From Phoronis australis (lineage: Eukaryota; Animalia; Phoronida), in NCBI GenBank assembly GCA_002633005.1, contig NMRA01000944.1, forward strand, positions 1 through 62,264: DNA of 62,264 bases, read 5' to 3'. The notes below the pieces were generated by a model. The model was not told the DNA's origin, ran no database searches, and saw only the letters and a list, made by a program, of their open reading frames with translations. This document shows positions 25,051-38,317 of this stretch, one piece after another; within the stretch, counting starts at the first letter, position 1, and each line of letters begins with the position of its first letter. The position numbers and the translations under genes are program-made.

Positions 25051-27764
25051 ATTAGCAATGCTACTGTAGGTACAGTTTAGCTGCTGTTAATTTTTTGAAA
25101 CAATTAATACTTTTGGGGCTCAAAAATGAAACGGAAAACATGTCTTGACTGGTTGGTGTTATAATCTGTTGTTAGTTATGAATATTGATTAAAAACAGTA
25201 TTTGCAAAAGTTGTCTTTAGGCCCATGTAGATAACTCTAGTCTCAGACAGACTAAGGAATGTTTCACAGAGTGACGTGGTGTCCTAACTTGAAAAGCTGT
25301 GTCTCGATCAGACTTAAGGTCACGTGATGTATGTTCAGAATGCGCTGCGTCTTGTTTAGTTTGAAAACCATCACACAAATTAAATAATTGATTCATACTT
25401 GTCTTTTTTCTTATGACCACGTCCCTTTATATTTTATTTTAACCTTAATACTATAAATGCTCTCAGTCTGAGTCAATGCGATTGATAACTTCATTGATGT
25501 AGTCATATACTGCATTACTCTCATTAGAGAGATTTCTCAAAGCGACGTGAATGTGAATTATCACGCATCTATATTACGGCACCAAACATGCCATCGTTGG
25601 CTGTGACGTAATCCCGACAGTGTTGAGGTATTTTACTCGAAAACAGGAATGTTTGCGTCGCTTGAAACGTAAAACCTGTGACCCTTTTCAATTTTTGTTT
25701 AATGTTCTATTTTGATAGGGTTCTCATTCCATCTTTCTTCCTTGCTTCAGATTTGACTTGAATACTATTCTTGCATCTATAAATATTCTTAAAATTTAGT
25801 TGCAAGAAATCAATTTTACAAAATTTCTGCCGGAATTCGCTGGATATCAAGGAACTAGAATGGAACCGTGCTGTTGTCTGGGCAATAAATGTAAAGACAA
25901 AAATGGAGTTTTATGAAATATAATTTGTGTTCTTAAAATTTCGTGTGCTTAGTTTACATGCATCGATTTATTTTAAACTCCAAAGAAATTTTCATTATCA
26001 GAGTTGACCATTATTCACAAAAGTTCGTAGAAACGAATTTTTAAGTTCAATATTTGCTTCCATCTAGAGTATATGTACTACGATATCTGGACACCCTGAG
26101 CTCAGTTACTGAGTTCGAGTTTACTTTCACGTTGGCTTAAAAAAACATAGCTGTTGCGTCCTAATTCACGCTCACAGCACCTCTCTATTTTTGTTTACAA
26201 GTTAAGAATATACAGTTCTGTTTGTAGGTAAATAGGTCAACAATAATAGATCGACAGAAATTTTCGGATATCAAAAAATCCTTTGTCTACAGAAACAGAA
26301 GTAAAGTAAGATCAAATACTATATGACAATTGACATCTAATATATGACGTAATGAACATGAATCACTTTTTATAGGATTTTTAAAAAGTTGCCACAAATG
26401 AGAATGCGAGATCTGTGGTGTCTGTTCTTCATCAAGCCTCCTAGCTTCCTGTTACTATAGGGAGTTTTTTATGCTTTACAAGCGTCATTTGTTTGGAATA
26501 TACTAACCAAGTTATTGTGAAAAATTACCTAGAAAACCTAGATTATACCCCCATCATTCGAGCATTTAGTGTTCCGAAACCCATGGTGGAACCCCAAGAC
26601 AGTGTTTAACTGTTTATGGAAGCGTTAGGCCCTTCTCATTCGTTATTTTCCGTACCACGTTATAAAGATATACATGAGCAAACCTTGAAAAACGTTTTCC
26701 TTCCATTTGGACGTTCGTCTTTTCTTCACTAGCTGAAAACCATGCAGCCGTACGCAGTAGGCTTAAAATTTCTTACCTGCACAATCATTTGTCAATGTAC
26801 GCTGTATGGAACAATCCATAGACGGTGCAAGTATTTAAACATTATAAATCCTCTTCCACGTTTTGATTGGCTGATACTTGGAACATCCACTCTAGGAAAC
26901 ATATTGTTTAACCAATCAAACATCATATCATCCTTACATTGAACTATGCAACATTTTCTAGGCGTTGTATTTTTCTCCGCTTCGTAAAGGTTCGAACATG
27001 TCACCGAATCTAGAACCCTTCTCTTGTCAAAGGCACGCACATCTACATGTAATTTTCGGCTATCTAAGTTGGCCGTTCGTGTAGAGTGTCTTATTCGGTT
27101 GGTCGTGTGAGAAACTTGAATGCCGATATAACTATGGAATACTGAGCTAGTTCAAAGTATAACAAGAATAGGCAAGTGATCGTGTTTGTGAGAATTACTG
27201 GCATAAAAATTGAAAAATATAGAGTTTAGACGACCTTGTAAATATTGGGAAGCGTACAAAGCCTTGGTTTAATTATAGTCGAGAATGGTTAAGTTTCATA
27301 AACTTGAGAAATACTCGCTTTCAAGCATCACTCAACAGAGAAACGTATGTGGTTCGAATTGTGCAAATTCGACAATTTCACAAGTATCTTGAATAAAATC
27401 AACGGATGATGGGGAAAACTGAAAATATGCCACAGAGCATCGAACTTTGGCCCATATTTTATTTCGTTTTATTTTTAAATCATGAATAACGCGCCAAATT
27501 TTTTTGCACAATCTTTTATCACTATATGGAATAATGGACACGGTAGCGACACATTTTGTATCATTATGTTATGGAAATCTCTCGAAAAATGTTAATTTAT
27601 CGAAGATTACGCCTATTTTAAAAAGTTGCAGTTATATTCCATCAGATAAAAAATACTTCAACTCATTCCCCGACTGAATACACGTATTTCCGTCTGATAA
27701 TACAAATAGCTATAATGACCCTGGTTTGTCGCAGACCGTTTCGGTAAAAGTGTAGCGCGTGAAT

Positions 27765-27910
27765 ACGCTCGTAATCACGAAAACGATTTCGCTCGTGTTT
27801 TACGACCGAAATCGTTCGCCCATAATAACATCGTGTTTAAACGACTGAAATCGTTCTTCCCTAATTACGCTCGTGATTACTATCAAGACTTCGTGTGTTA
27901 CGACCGATAT
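27765..27910. repeat. Short degenerate tandem array (ctcgtgttttacgaccgaaatcg)
   Basis: Four to five related motifs; similar ggtcgtaatta motifs occur at ~46088-46145. Confidence 0.5.
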
Positions 27911-28393
27911 CTCCCTGACTTCCAATATGGAAAATTTAAAATGTATGCCAACTTCGACTCGACGTTGTTTGACCATGAAACTTTGCGGAAATAGTTTAAA
28001 GAAATACAATTGTAGCAGTGGAAATAATACTCAACATGCATTTAGATCTTAATCTCTTTTCAAGTAGTAAATTGCTACATCTAGAAATGTTTCTTTTACT
28101 AGAGAAAACGTGCAAGCTAACGCGTACATGTAAGTACAATCACATGGAATGTGATCCGCCACGTGAACAGTCTGAGTGAAGTAATCAAAGAACTTGTCAA
28201 AAATAAAAGCATCTGTGCACAGCACAGCAGTATTAGATATTTTTCTAGACACGAATGAAATGTAAGCATAGCCATTTTTGTGAATTATTTTGGAGATGCT
28301 CTTAAGACATTCGACTCAACCAAAAGTGTGAACATATAATGGCGATGGCCGTCATCGAAAAGGTACAATTTTGAAGAAAGAGAAGACCAAATT

Positions 28394-28960
28394 TAACAAC
28401 TTCTTAATTAAAATGACTTATTCTTGTTAAAATGACGTAGGCAAAAATTGAATTTCAGGCCTCAAAAGCGAGGCCACCTATATTAATACAGACGGCCTCT
28501 CCGAAAGGGGCCCTCTATATTAATTGAGAAGGGCTAGCCGAAAGGTGACCGATGAGCGGGTTCCACCCATATTAATATAGGTGGCCCCGGCTTTTGGCGA
28601 GGCCGTCTATAATAATATAGGCGGCCACGTCGAAAAGCGGCCGAAGAGCGGGGCTTCTATATAAATATAGAAAGGCCCCGCCGAAATGCAGTCGAAGATC
28701 GGGGCCCCCTCCATATTGTTATAGAAGGGCCCCTCTCTGCGGACGCCTTTCGACGTGGCCGCCTATATTATTATAGGCGGCCTTGCCGAAAGCTGGCCTA
28801 CTCCACCTAAATAATTATAGCTGGGCCTCGCCGGAAGGCGGCGGGAGACTGGGGCCCCCTGTGGGCCCCGCTATCCGCCCGTCTTCTGGCGAGGCCACCT
28901 ATAATAATATGGACGACCGCGCTCGACGAGGGATGGAGTAAATTTAGATATAGGCAGCCC
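28394..28960. mobile_element. Longer one-ended copy of the TATATTAATATA foldback family
   Basis: Left TIR (AAAATGACTTATTCTTGTTAAAATGAC..GGCAAAAATTG..GGCCTCAAAAGCG), then about 10 AT-core/GC-spacer units; no right TIR seen. Confidence 0.85.
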
Positions 28961-30292
28961 ACTTGAAGGGGGCCACAGAGTTGAAAGGATGCCGAAGAGC
29001 AAAGGGCGTTAATTTATTTGGATACCCAACATTAGTTTGGAGGCACCACTGTTTGACTACATAAGGTCACGGCCCCTGACTATTATTGGAGGTCCCAATG
29101 TTCATACATTTTCTCGTGGTTTCCCGTAAAATTGCACAATTGGTCCACTTTTTGACTGGCTCCCTATCATAATACAAACATCTTTGTACTTCAGTCACCT
29201 TCGGGCTGGGCCCCTCAATTCACATGATAGAACATGAAACGGCACGTAATTCATAGCAAATGTCTTCAAGTCAATTAAGACTTTCCATCACTACACAATG
29301 GACCACGAGCTTTAATAAAAACCTCAAACGTAAGTTTGTGAATTCTATCAGCTTGAAGCGTTAGGTATTTTGAGGGCTCAATGTGCTTTTCCAGCCAGTG
29401 CACTGCCTGTCATGATGAAATATCGCCACACAAGGGAACAAAACCTGTACTAAATTTTGCAAAAATCCCTTATCGATCAGCTTGTTGAAAGTTGTCTCAT
29501 TGTTGTACAAAATATCTTGTTTGAAAGACAAATGATTGTTGTTCAGTGATACACCCCATGGCCTTTCACAATTTTGAGCATCCCCCTTTCCTTTAACATA
29601 CTTTTTTCTTACTGGAAAGAACAACGGAATTCATGCATCTATTATATATAATGCACCGTTTGTACAAACTCCGTCTTCCCCACTCCACTATAGACCTTCG
29701 TTGCGCTCGTTTTGGCACCGCCTTGATCCCAGATATTGCACCGGCGCCCTATTTGAGCTCGAGGTGTTCTATTGTATTCTCTCGGACAATTTTTACGAGG
29801 ACGAGGAGGGAGGGTGGCCGGTTTCGTACTGGCCTGGGTGACGTCAATCCGTCGGCTTATATTTCTCTCCCTCCGGCTTCTGTCGCGTATAGTCATCGTG
29901 CCTCGGCTGTCGCCGCCAAAATTAATGATGCCTCATTAAAAAATTATCCCTCTTTCTTGAGTAAACTAAATTATTTACCTGTGTGTTGGAAAATTGGCGT
30001 TCTTCAGTCATGTTGCGCTGTTCGTGCGCCATTGCGTCTCACTGTTGGCCAAGTCAATCAAGTATCATAACAATCGTAAGTGGTTTCATTTCATCACAAG
30101 TTGTTATTAGCAGAAAACCCAATTTCAGAAAAAACTCTTGAGAGATATTGGAAAAGTTTTGGAAATGGCGCGTATATGCGCGTGTTACAAGTATGCACTG
30201 TTTTCAAAACGACCACATATTTTACACTGTTACAAAACGCGGAGAATTACGAAAAATATCGTTTATTAGATTGTCTTTGTACTTCTATAAAC

Positions 30293-31572
30293 GGCTGTAA
30301 CGGGCAAGATGAACGTAGGTTCATTCCCAGATTCTGCATGCACCCTTTTAGGTTGTTAGCTCTAATTTTCACGACTATATGACAAGCTGACCACCGGGGT
30401 TGTGTGAAATTTGGGTGTCTAACGGAGCTCTACACACAGCTACTTAGCTGTGTGTTGACGATAGTCTTCATACAGATAGCTGGCTTTCTACATCAGTATG
30501 AAAAATTTATGATGCAATTTTTGTAAATACATATATATGCGATGTTTACTATACAGTATTCTAAATGCATTCTTAGTTTTCACTTGAAGGAATATTTGAT
30601 TACTGTTCTTTGTGTTACGGCAGGGTCAAATGTTCTGGAATGAAATTTGTACTGCCGGGGAAAAGAATTCCGCAAACCTTTCCTACTAAAATTTGACAGT
30701 GACTGAAATTCTGCTTGAAGCTTTGAACATGGCCTTTTCAAGAAGTATTCCTGTCTCTTGCGGTGAACATTAATGTTCACTCTCAGGAGTATCTGTCAAT
30801 CGGCGTTTCCTACTAGCTGCTACCGGGCTGTAACGGGCACTGTGAATGTCGGTTCATTCTCAGATTCTGTATGCAACCCTGCAGGCTGTTAGCTCTAAGT
30901 TTCACGACGAGGTGACGAAGCTGAACACCTGGGTTGTGTGAAATTTTGGTGTTTAACGGAACTCCACACACGGCTATCTAGCTGTATTTGACGACAGTCT
31001 TCATACAGCTAGCTGGCTTTCTACCTCAGTGTGTAAATTTATGATGCAACTTTTGTGAATACTTTCAGGGCTGGATCTAGGATTTTGAGGTGGGGGCCAC
31101 GGCAGATAGAGTATGCTTATTATCCAGAATTTCGCCCTTCAGACCTTCGCACTCCAGAACTGCGAAATGGAATCTGGGAGAATTTTATGGGGGGCATGGC
31201 GCTCTTCTTGCCCCCCCCTCTAAATCCGCCACTGACATCTATATACTTTGTGTACTATACAATATTTTAAATGCATTCTTAGTTTTCGCTTTAATCAATC
31301 GATCTTAAGAATATCTGATTACCGTACTTTGTGTTACGCCAGGGGCAAAATGTTCTGGAAAGAAATTTGTACTGCCTAGGGGAAGAATCTCACAGCTGCA
31401 GACCTTAATTGCTTACTAAAATCTGACGGGTGACAGAATTTCTGCTTGAAGCTTTGAACCCGGTCTCTTCAATACTATGAAGTTCTCCTGTCTCTTGCGA
31501 TGAACACTCGATCGGTTCACTCTTTGGTGTAGCTATTTTCCCTCGGCGTTTCCCACTAGCTGCTACCCGTGC
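30293..31572 (+). repeat. Diverged tandem duplication of a ~535-bp unit (30293-30826; 30827-31572, the second carrying a MITE)
   Basis: Both units run ggctgtaacgggca..ggttcatt..gttgtgtgaaattt..agtcttcatacag..aaatgcattcttagttttc..cggcgtttcc.actagctgctacc. A related segment lies at ~42236-42420. Confidence 0.88.
31066..31234 (+). mobile_element. hAT-like MITE, copy C (empty site present in the paralogous unit)
   Basis: CAGGGCTGGATCTAGG...TAAATCCGCCACTG; flanks ACTTT/ACATC; the paralogous site at 30529-30533 has a single ACATA. Confidence 0.85.
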
Positions 31573-34049
31573 TTTTGCACGGGTAGCGGCTAGTGATTGA
31601 AATAACATTAAAAAGTGAATAGATTGGTTCCCCGTCCTCCAACCATCAAATGGTTCCTCTGCCTATACCCTATTGCTCGGCCCTTCCGCTATGAGGGTAA
31701 TAAACAAATATTCCAAGTTAAATCCAACCCCTTCCCTTTGGCATCATGGTGGCGCAAACACGGAAAACATTTTTTCTAATCGACCTATTCATTGAAACTA
31801 CCGGCCTATGATGTAAAAATTTGTCAGTTGTACACATCAGCTGCAGATAAAGGGAAATTGGTCTGCATGTACCTTGTGAACGTACATTGTCCGCGGATGA
31901 GGGAACAAGTTTTGAAATTCAGCAAGATTCCAAGCTCAACCACAACAAAAACATGGCCGAGTAACGTTTAACTAGCTGGGTTTATTTCTAGTTACATTCG
32001 AAGTCTCCTAACTCAACTCTACAAAAGATACGTACTTCACTCAACTACATGTCTTGTTTGGTAACAGCTAGGCTGTTTTGCAACAAAAAAAAACTTTTGC
32101 TTCAACTTGAAGCTCATGATTTCAGGGCCATATTTAATTTGTATGCAATACTAGGGAGCCGGTAGGCGTCGCCCTGGATGCCGCAAGCATACAGGGGCGG
32201 TGAGTACATCCCACAAAAACTGAGTTACGAATTTCAAAATAAAAGAAACAAAATTAAATGAAACATGCGTATATGCACATGGAGTTATAATTAGCACATA
32301 CATGTACCATCAGTCAAGATAATTTGAAGAAATCGGTGAAAATCAGTTGCAGTTTGCTCGACTTTTTCTTGGGGTGCAATTTTGAGGAATTTGCATGAAA
32401 TCACTCATGTTGGCGAATAAAAAGTACAAGGGACAAAAATCTTACAAAGTTAACGCGATACCTTCCCAGGATTTTTTTGCGTCACACGCCAGCGTCACGC
32501 GCTTCGCTCAGTCTCGCGCCAGCCTGCCCACTTTGTAGTTATCGCGTGCGTGGTGAAAAAGTTAACGGTGACTAAAAATGTGGGGTTGGAATACTTCGCC
32601 AAAGTCACCTAAATTCTCGTAACTAAGCTCATCGAAGATATGTGTAAACGTAGAAAGGACCACTGAAGAAAGTAAGCGCTTGTTTGGTAATTGTTTACAA
32701 TATGACGACATTGACTTACACATGTGATTTTGGTATTGTTCGATTCCTCTCAACGTTTCCTTTCCAAAAATATATCAATGTATCCCCTACCGCGTTTCCT
32801 TCGTATTTTATCGTCGACTTTATTTTCGCACTATTTCCCGATTGACACTGCCTAGTTAGTCTCCTGCACAGACCCACGAGATTGGTTGGAGTCTGCTACA
32901 GGGCACTTTTCCATCCACATTCTTGGAATATCATTGGCTGTTCCGATTTCAAGAAACAAGGCATTCTATTGGTCAAATTAGTTCACCAACATGGAGACTT
33001 CTAGTGAAAGAACGTCAGTGGATTCACAGCTGTTTAAATCTCTCTGTTTTGATCGAACTCCTGTATTTCAACGCTAACGAGTCAAGGAATACATCACCAG
33101 TAACGTATACGAAACATTTTATGATAATTGGTCAATATACTATGCTGGATTCTGAAGTAATGTGATTTTTTGCCATTTCCATTACCCCATTAGACCACCC
33201 ACAACAACAGTCGCGTACTATAGCACCGAATAGCGGGAAAGGACTTGCTGAGTGCGTTGCGGCCATGGCAGATTGTCTCGATCTTTGCAGAGCACACCCT
33301 CTCGTATATTAACATGTTCATGTGCGTTATATAAGTTCCCGTGAATGCCGTGAAGATTGAACTGGTGGGTCAGATAAGGATATAATACTCTGTCACTGGC
33401 ACACTTGTCACTTCTAACAGAAGTTAGGAGCATAAAAATACAATCAATGGTCCTAAATACGCAAACATTAATCAGTCTAGCAATAGTGTTATAATGACTG
33501 ATTTTATCGCTTTTGGCGGTGCCATTCAGCAGTGCCTTTGACTGCCATCGTACAGTCATGCGGAGTCTTCAGTTACGGTATTTTGGAGGTTGTTTGTTGC
33601 TGTGAAATTATGATTATACCCACTCTTTTCTATAATCAGCAAGATAAAACCTCACCCTTTTGTGAGTTGGCACAGTCATTAAAACTGACCCATTTTGGTG
33701 AGAGCCTCAAGGCTCAATGAAAGAGTCAAATTTTCTGATAAAATAATTACGCAAAGTTATTATTTACAGGGAATTGAATTTCAGCAAGAATCTCGCTGGG
33801 CTGTATTCTTTTTAACACAACAAGCCTCAGTTGTATATTAAACCTTCAGTGGTTTTGGTGGAAAAATGGATCATTTTATACAGTTCAAACCAAAAAGTAA
33901 ATATTTTTGTCTGGAATTTATTTGGAAATTCGCCCTTTCATGCTGATTTTTGTAATGCCTGAGTCACTGGTCAGAGGGGCACATTTGGTCATATGCAATA
34001 TATGCAAGTGTCCTCTCTCTCCTGGACCCCAACTCGTCGATTGTTTCAT

Positions 34050-36330
34050 TTTTTGCTTTTCATATTCACATGACATCAAGTGTTGCAGTTTGCAACAATC
34101 ATCCATTAATTTCAGTCTAATTGCAAAACAATGTCTCGGAACCATTCTAAAACATTCCGAAACTACTAAGGTTCGCTGTAATCAAAGCATCCTGTAGTTA
34201 GACATTGTAAGCAATTGGGTTTAAAAACCTGGTTCATTGAAATGACTAGTTGCAAAAACATCTCACATTTCAAAACTGGGAGCTCAGGGTACTTCAAAGA
34301 TTTTGAGTTGGGTCACTTAACGCAAATTGACGGTTCCTTGCGCGTTAGATGGGTTGGATTGTTATCCAGGCAATAGTCGCTCACTGGTAATCCACATTTT
34401 GAGAACAAGTTTTAATGCCTGCTATTCAGTGAAAAACAGGTTCCTGTTATGCTGTTGAAAACACTGCATGGTTCTCAAAGTGGGGGTCCCCTGTATATGA
34501 CTATTACCATTGTGTTTGCTCAGTCTTTTGAACAACATGCTAGTGTGTCATTCTTATGGTTAGGATCTACAGCAGCGATTTTAGTCAACATTTCGGTCTT
34601 TTCGAACAGTTTTTCATAATTACAAATTTGACTCTCATTGAGGGGGCCTCCTCGTGGCAAGAGTTGGGCAGTGTGAATTGCTTCAGAACATTTGCACTGG
34701 CAAACACCCTCATATTGACTCAAAATTAAAAACCGTGATGTCGTTAATTTGTTCCTAGAAACATTACACTCATAGGCTACAAATCACATAACATGTCATG
34801 AAATTTGTCTAAACATTGGGAACTTTATTTTGCGGATGTATTGATCAGAAATATGGTTTAGGTTAGGGATAGACTGAAGTACTAAGTCTGGGAACTATAG
34901 TGGTGGGGCGAACAACAGGGCTACCCCATCTTCATTGCCGACCCTTTCCCTGATAGAAACCCATTCCGGTTTTGTGCTTCCCTAGCTCCCCTGTCCCTGT
35001 CCCATGTTCATGCAGTGCCTCCAGGTTGCCTCTCATCACAATCACAATCCTTTGTCTCCGACAATTTCTTTTGAATAATTCTGACTACACCAATGGTGCT
35101 GGGGAAATAGGTCATTAAATACCCGACTACCATTCAAGTGGCACATTCACTGCCTTGTGAAAGCATAGACCATTATGAAAGTAACACCTGGGACATGGGT
35201 TTCAACTTTTTACTAGAGATTATTTTTGTTATTTATGACAATTAATGATCCCAGCATTGGAGCTAAGATTTTGAGTCTGAGTTCGAGATTTTGTTAGAAA
35301 TCTCGAGTTTTTAATCAAATTTTAGCTCGAATCTAGTGGTCATTAAGTACTATCTTGAACTTGCAAGGAAGTGGACTGCAAGTGACAAAAACAATTTGAG
35401 TTCAATTTGGATTGAAAGCATCACTCTAGAGGTGCATTCCCAAAACATGATCTAATAATCCCATTTAAGGGTTTTTAATCAATCCAGCAAGACTGAGCTA
35501 GAACCTGTTTAGCCCAAAAAGCATTTAAATACAATGTTGAGAATAAGAAAGCATCTGTACTAAACTGAACCCATTTTAAGTTATTTGTCCACAAAATGTA
35601 CCATTTTTAAGCTGCTATTAACCCAATCTTTTTTTAGAACCGCCATGTAACAATATAAGATTGGTCTCACTACCAACAATGTTGGTTTTGGCCTAAATAG
35701 TACCACAAATCTAATCAAAATTGGTCGCATGGAGATTTGCATATCCAGCAGTTGGATTTGGATACTAGTGTCTGGTGTCAGTCTTCGCGTGTGTGCTCGT
35801 GATTAGACTCTTGATATCGTACTGTTCCTTACTGAGATTGCATGTGGCATATTGGCTTCCGCTGAACGATAGTTTGTTATTGCTTAAGACCTGGTGCATA
35901 ACCATGGCTTTGAGCAATAACAAAGTTTGAGTTCTTCCAAGTCCACTAAGGAACAAGTTGAGACAGGGATAGAAACATGACTTGGAATTTTCTCTCGAGG
36001 ATTTCATATTTTTTTGTTTTTATTTCCGTTTGTTTGATTTCAAGCCTCTTTTTTATCATTAATTTGACTTCATTGATGCAAAGACTTTTATTTTTATTAA
36101 TTAAATTCCACACGAAAAATATTTCTATCACACAAGCCTATTTGTGAAACGATACATCATCTCGAAAATTTTCCTCTTTTAGTCTTTCCAATTACTGTAT
36201 ATAGTGTTAAGTTGTTCAGATTAAAATTTATTCTTTATCACATACAATGCATTCATAGCACCTTTAAAGGAGTTTAATTCGAAGGAAACATTGAAGCCAG
36301 CAGACACCAGCTGATAAGCGCATTCTGAAA
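34050..36330 (-). pseudogene. Highly decayed hAT transposase (Charlie/Buster/SPIN, GTF2IRD2-like)
   Basis: Minus-strand relics in the expected order: YECIVCDK..HY (BED-like, ~36260), VLSNNKLSFSG (cf. IAKxxKPF), VSRNKLTTSRFLIL (cf. WLSRGxxLxRF), KSLKYPEL..FATSHFNEPGF..LLTMSNYR (cf. YPEL..FxTTYLCExGFS..KYR). Confidence 0.55.
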
Positions 36331-36503
36331 TCAACAATTGTGCTTGTACTTTCCAAGATGTTCAACCCACATTGTTAGTTTTAGGGATAGGGTTCATTCC
36401 ACCATCTAGGTACTCTCCTTAAATCATTCCAAGGAGGTACTCCTACAGGTTTATACAGGACATGACACTCAGCTGGGTGATTTCTTTCAAACATTTTCTC
36501 TTC

Positions 36504-37099
36504 AAAATGGTGCTTGAAAAAATCCCTACCAAAGAAAACTTTTTCCCATGAATACAACAGGTTTCACTCTGGAAGTTAAAAACACTGCAAATGGTACCTC
36601 TCCCTACAGCTGAAGGGGTTTATTACGATACCTGTATTTTTAAAACTTTGGGCACCAGGCTCATTTTTGACAATAGAAATCTCTGAGCCGGCTTCTTCAA
36701 GCTTAATGAGTGAAAAAGACAGCTGTCCAAGAATTACTACGAAAGAATTCAGTTGTTAGCATTAACCCTTATAAAAAGATCGTGCATTTGTAACAATAGG
36801 CNAAAATGGTGCTTGAAAAAAACCTACCAAAGAAAACTTTTTCCCATGAATACAACGGGTTTCACTCTGGAAGTTAAAAACACTGCAGATGGTACCTCTC
36901 CCTACAGCTGAAGGGGTTTATTACGATACCTGTATTTTTAAAACTTTGGGCACCAGGCTCATTTTTGACAATAGAAATCTCTGAGCCGGCTTCTTCAAGC
37001 TTAATGAGTGAAAAAGACAGCTGTCCAAGAATTACTACGAAAGAATTCAGTTGTTAGCATTAACCCTTATAAAAAGATCGTGCATTTGTAACAATAGGC
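36504..37099 (+). other. Near-perfect ~298-bp duplication on either side of an N (36802), probably an uncollapsed haplotype overlap
   Basis: 36504-36801 and 36803-37099 differ at only a few positions, and the junction is exactly an N. Confidence 0.85.
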
Positions 37100-37792
37100 T
37101 ACGTTTTCATTGAACTCCAAACCTCAGATCACATACCTAATATTTTTTAGCCACTGTCTAAGTGGGTGGAGATTCTTCTAGTACCAGATTATGCATAAAA
37201 CTAAAGCTTAGGGTCCATTTGGGACATCTCTCGGGTATTTTCGTAGCTACAAATTTATCCTCGGAACATCTAGAGCACCTCGGCTATTTTCCTATTTACA
37301 TTTTTTTCTTCGAAACACTTCGGTACCGTTATTTTCGTAGTCTCAACTATCCTCTCAGAGATTAACGTTATCCAAAATATGGGAAGTCACGTGAGTTTCA
37401 GTCTTGAGAATAATATGCTATCTGAACTCTGCACACTTGCACAGTGCGTTCACCTATTAGGTGAAATTTGAGGTTACGAAAACACCAAAGGTGTTCTAGA
37501 TGCCCTTGGAAGCATTGTTTTCAGTGCATGCTCGAACTTTGATCATTATGGCCAATTATTCTCCACTAAGTCAACACACCTTAAATTCGCCCTCAAGTTG
37601 TGCAGGATCCCACCTCAAAGAGGGAAATGGGAAGAAAATACTATGGCAATGAGGGGGGGGGTGTAGCTCAAGAATTGTTGCTACCTGGAGGGTCGAAAAT
37701 GGTGTTCAATTCAAGGTAGTGAACACTGTGTAGGCCACGATTGCACGAAGTGGTGGAAATTGGGCTCCAGCTGTGTCTACTGTAACAATGTA

Positions 37793-37942
37793 CAGTGACA
37801 GATTTAGGGGGGCAAGGGGACCATGGCTCAGCCTAAAGTTCTCCCAGATTCCATTTGGAAGTTTGGGGGTGCGAATGCCTGACGAGCAAAATTGTCTCTC
37901 CCTGCCCCCCTCCCCCAACACAAACTCCTGGATCCGCCCCTG
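37793..37942 (-). mobile_element. hAT-like MITE, copy D
   Basis: CAGTGACAGATTTAGGGGGG...CTCCTGGATCCGCCCCTG; flanks ATGTA/CTGTA. Confidence 0.8.
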
Positions 37943-38254
37943 CTGTAAGAGACCTAAACAATTCATAAAACTTTTCAAATAATGAAACTGAAAAATGCCA
38001 AGTGAAAAGGGTAAAGCCATTGTCAATTCAGGTTTATTTACATAATAAGGAATCGATAATTACATGAATTTCAGCTCAGTTTGTTGATTTTCTACTTCAC
38101 AAGAGACTTCGACCGCAAACGCAACCCAAAAATAACATTTTACTCTTGCGACACCTAGCGACCTAATAACTTATTACCGGATATAAGCATGAGCACGTCA
38201 ACTTCCTGGTTAAAAATTGCCAGCTAACAGCCAAGGAAATCCATCGTTCTAGTG

Positions 38255-38317
38255 CCCTGTACCTGGGCCTTCACAAGCAATCCGTGACGTCAGCTTGTGA
38301 GGCCCGGGAACCAGGTT
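38255..38317. repeat. Short palindromic (hairpin) element
   Basis: CCTGGGCCTTCACAAGC...GCTTGTGAGGCCCGGGAACCAGG; a similar end (GGCTCTAGGTACGAG) lies at ~50950-50990. Confidence 0.55.

Noticed and set aside
28470-28920. CRISPR-like repeat/spacer pattern (TATATTAATATA plus ~35-40-bp spacers)
   Set aside because: The spacers are homologous to each other (direct or inverted) and the array is attached to a TIR, so these are not unique acquired spacers.
29633-30382. 145-aa and 100-aa ORFs as a host gene
   Set aside because: No recognisable domain and no supported splice structure; the second ORF runs into a repeat.
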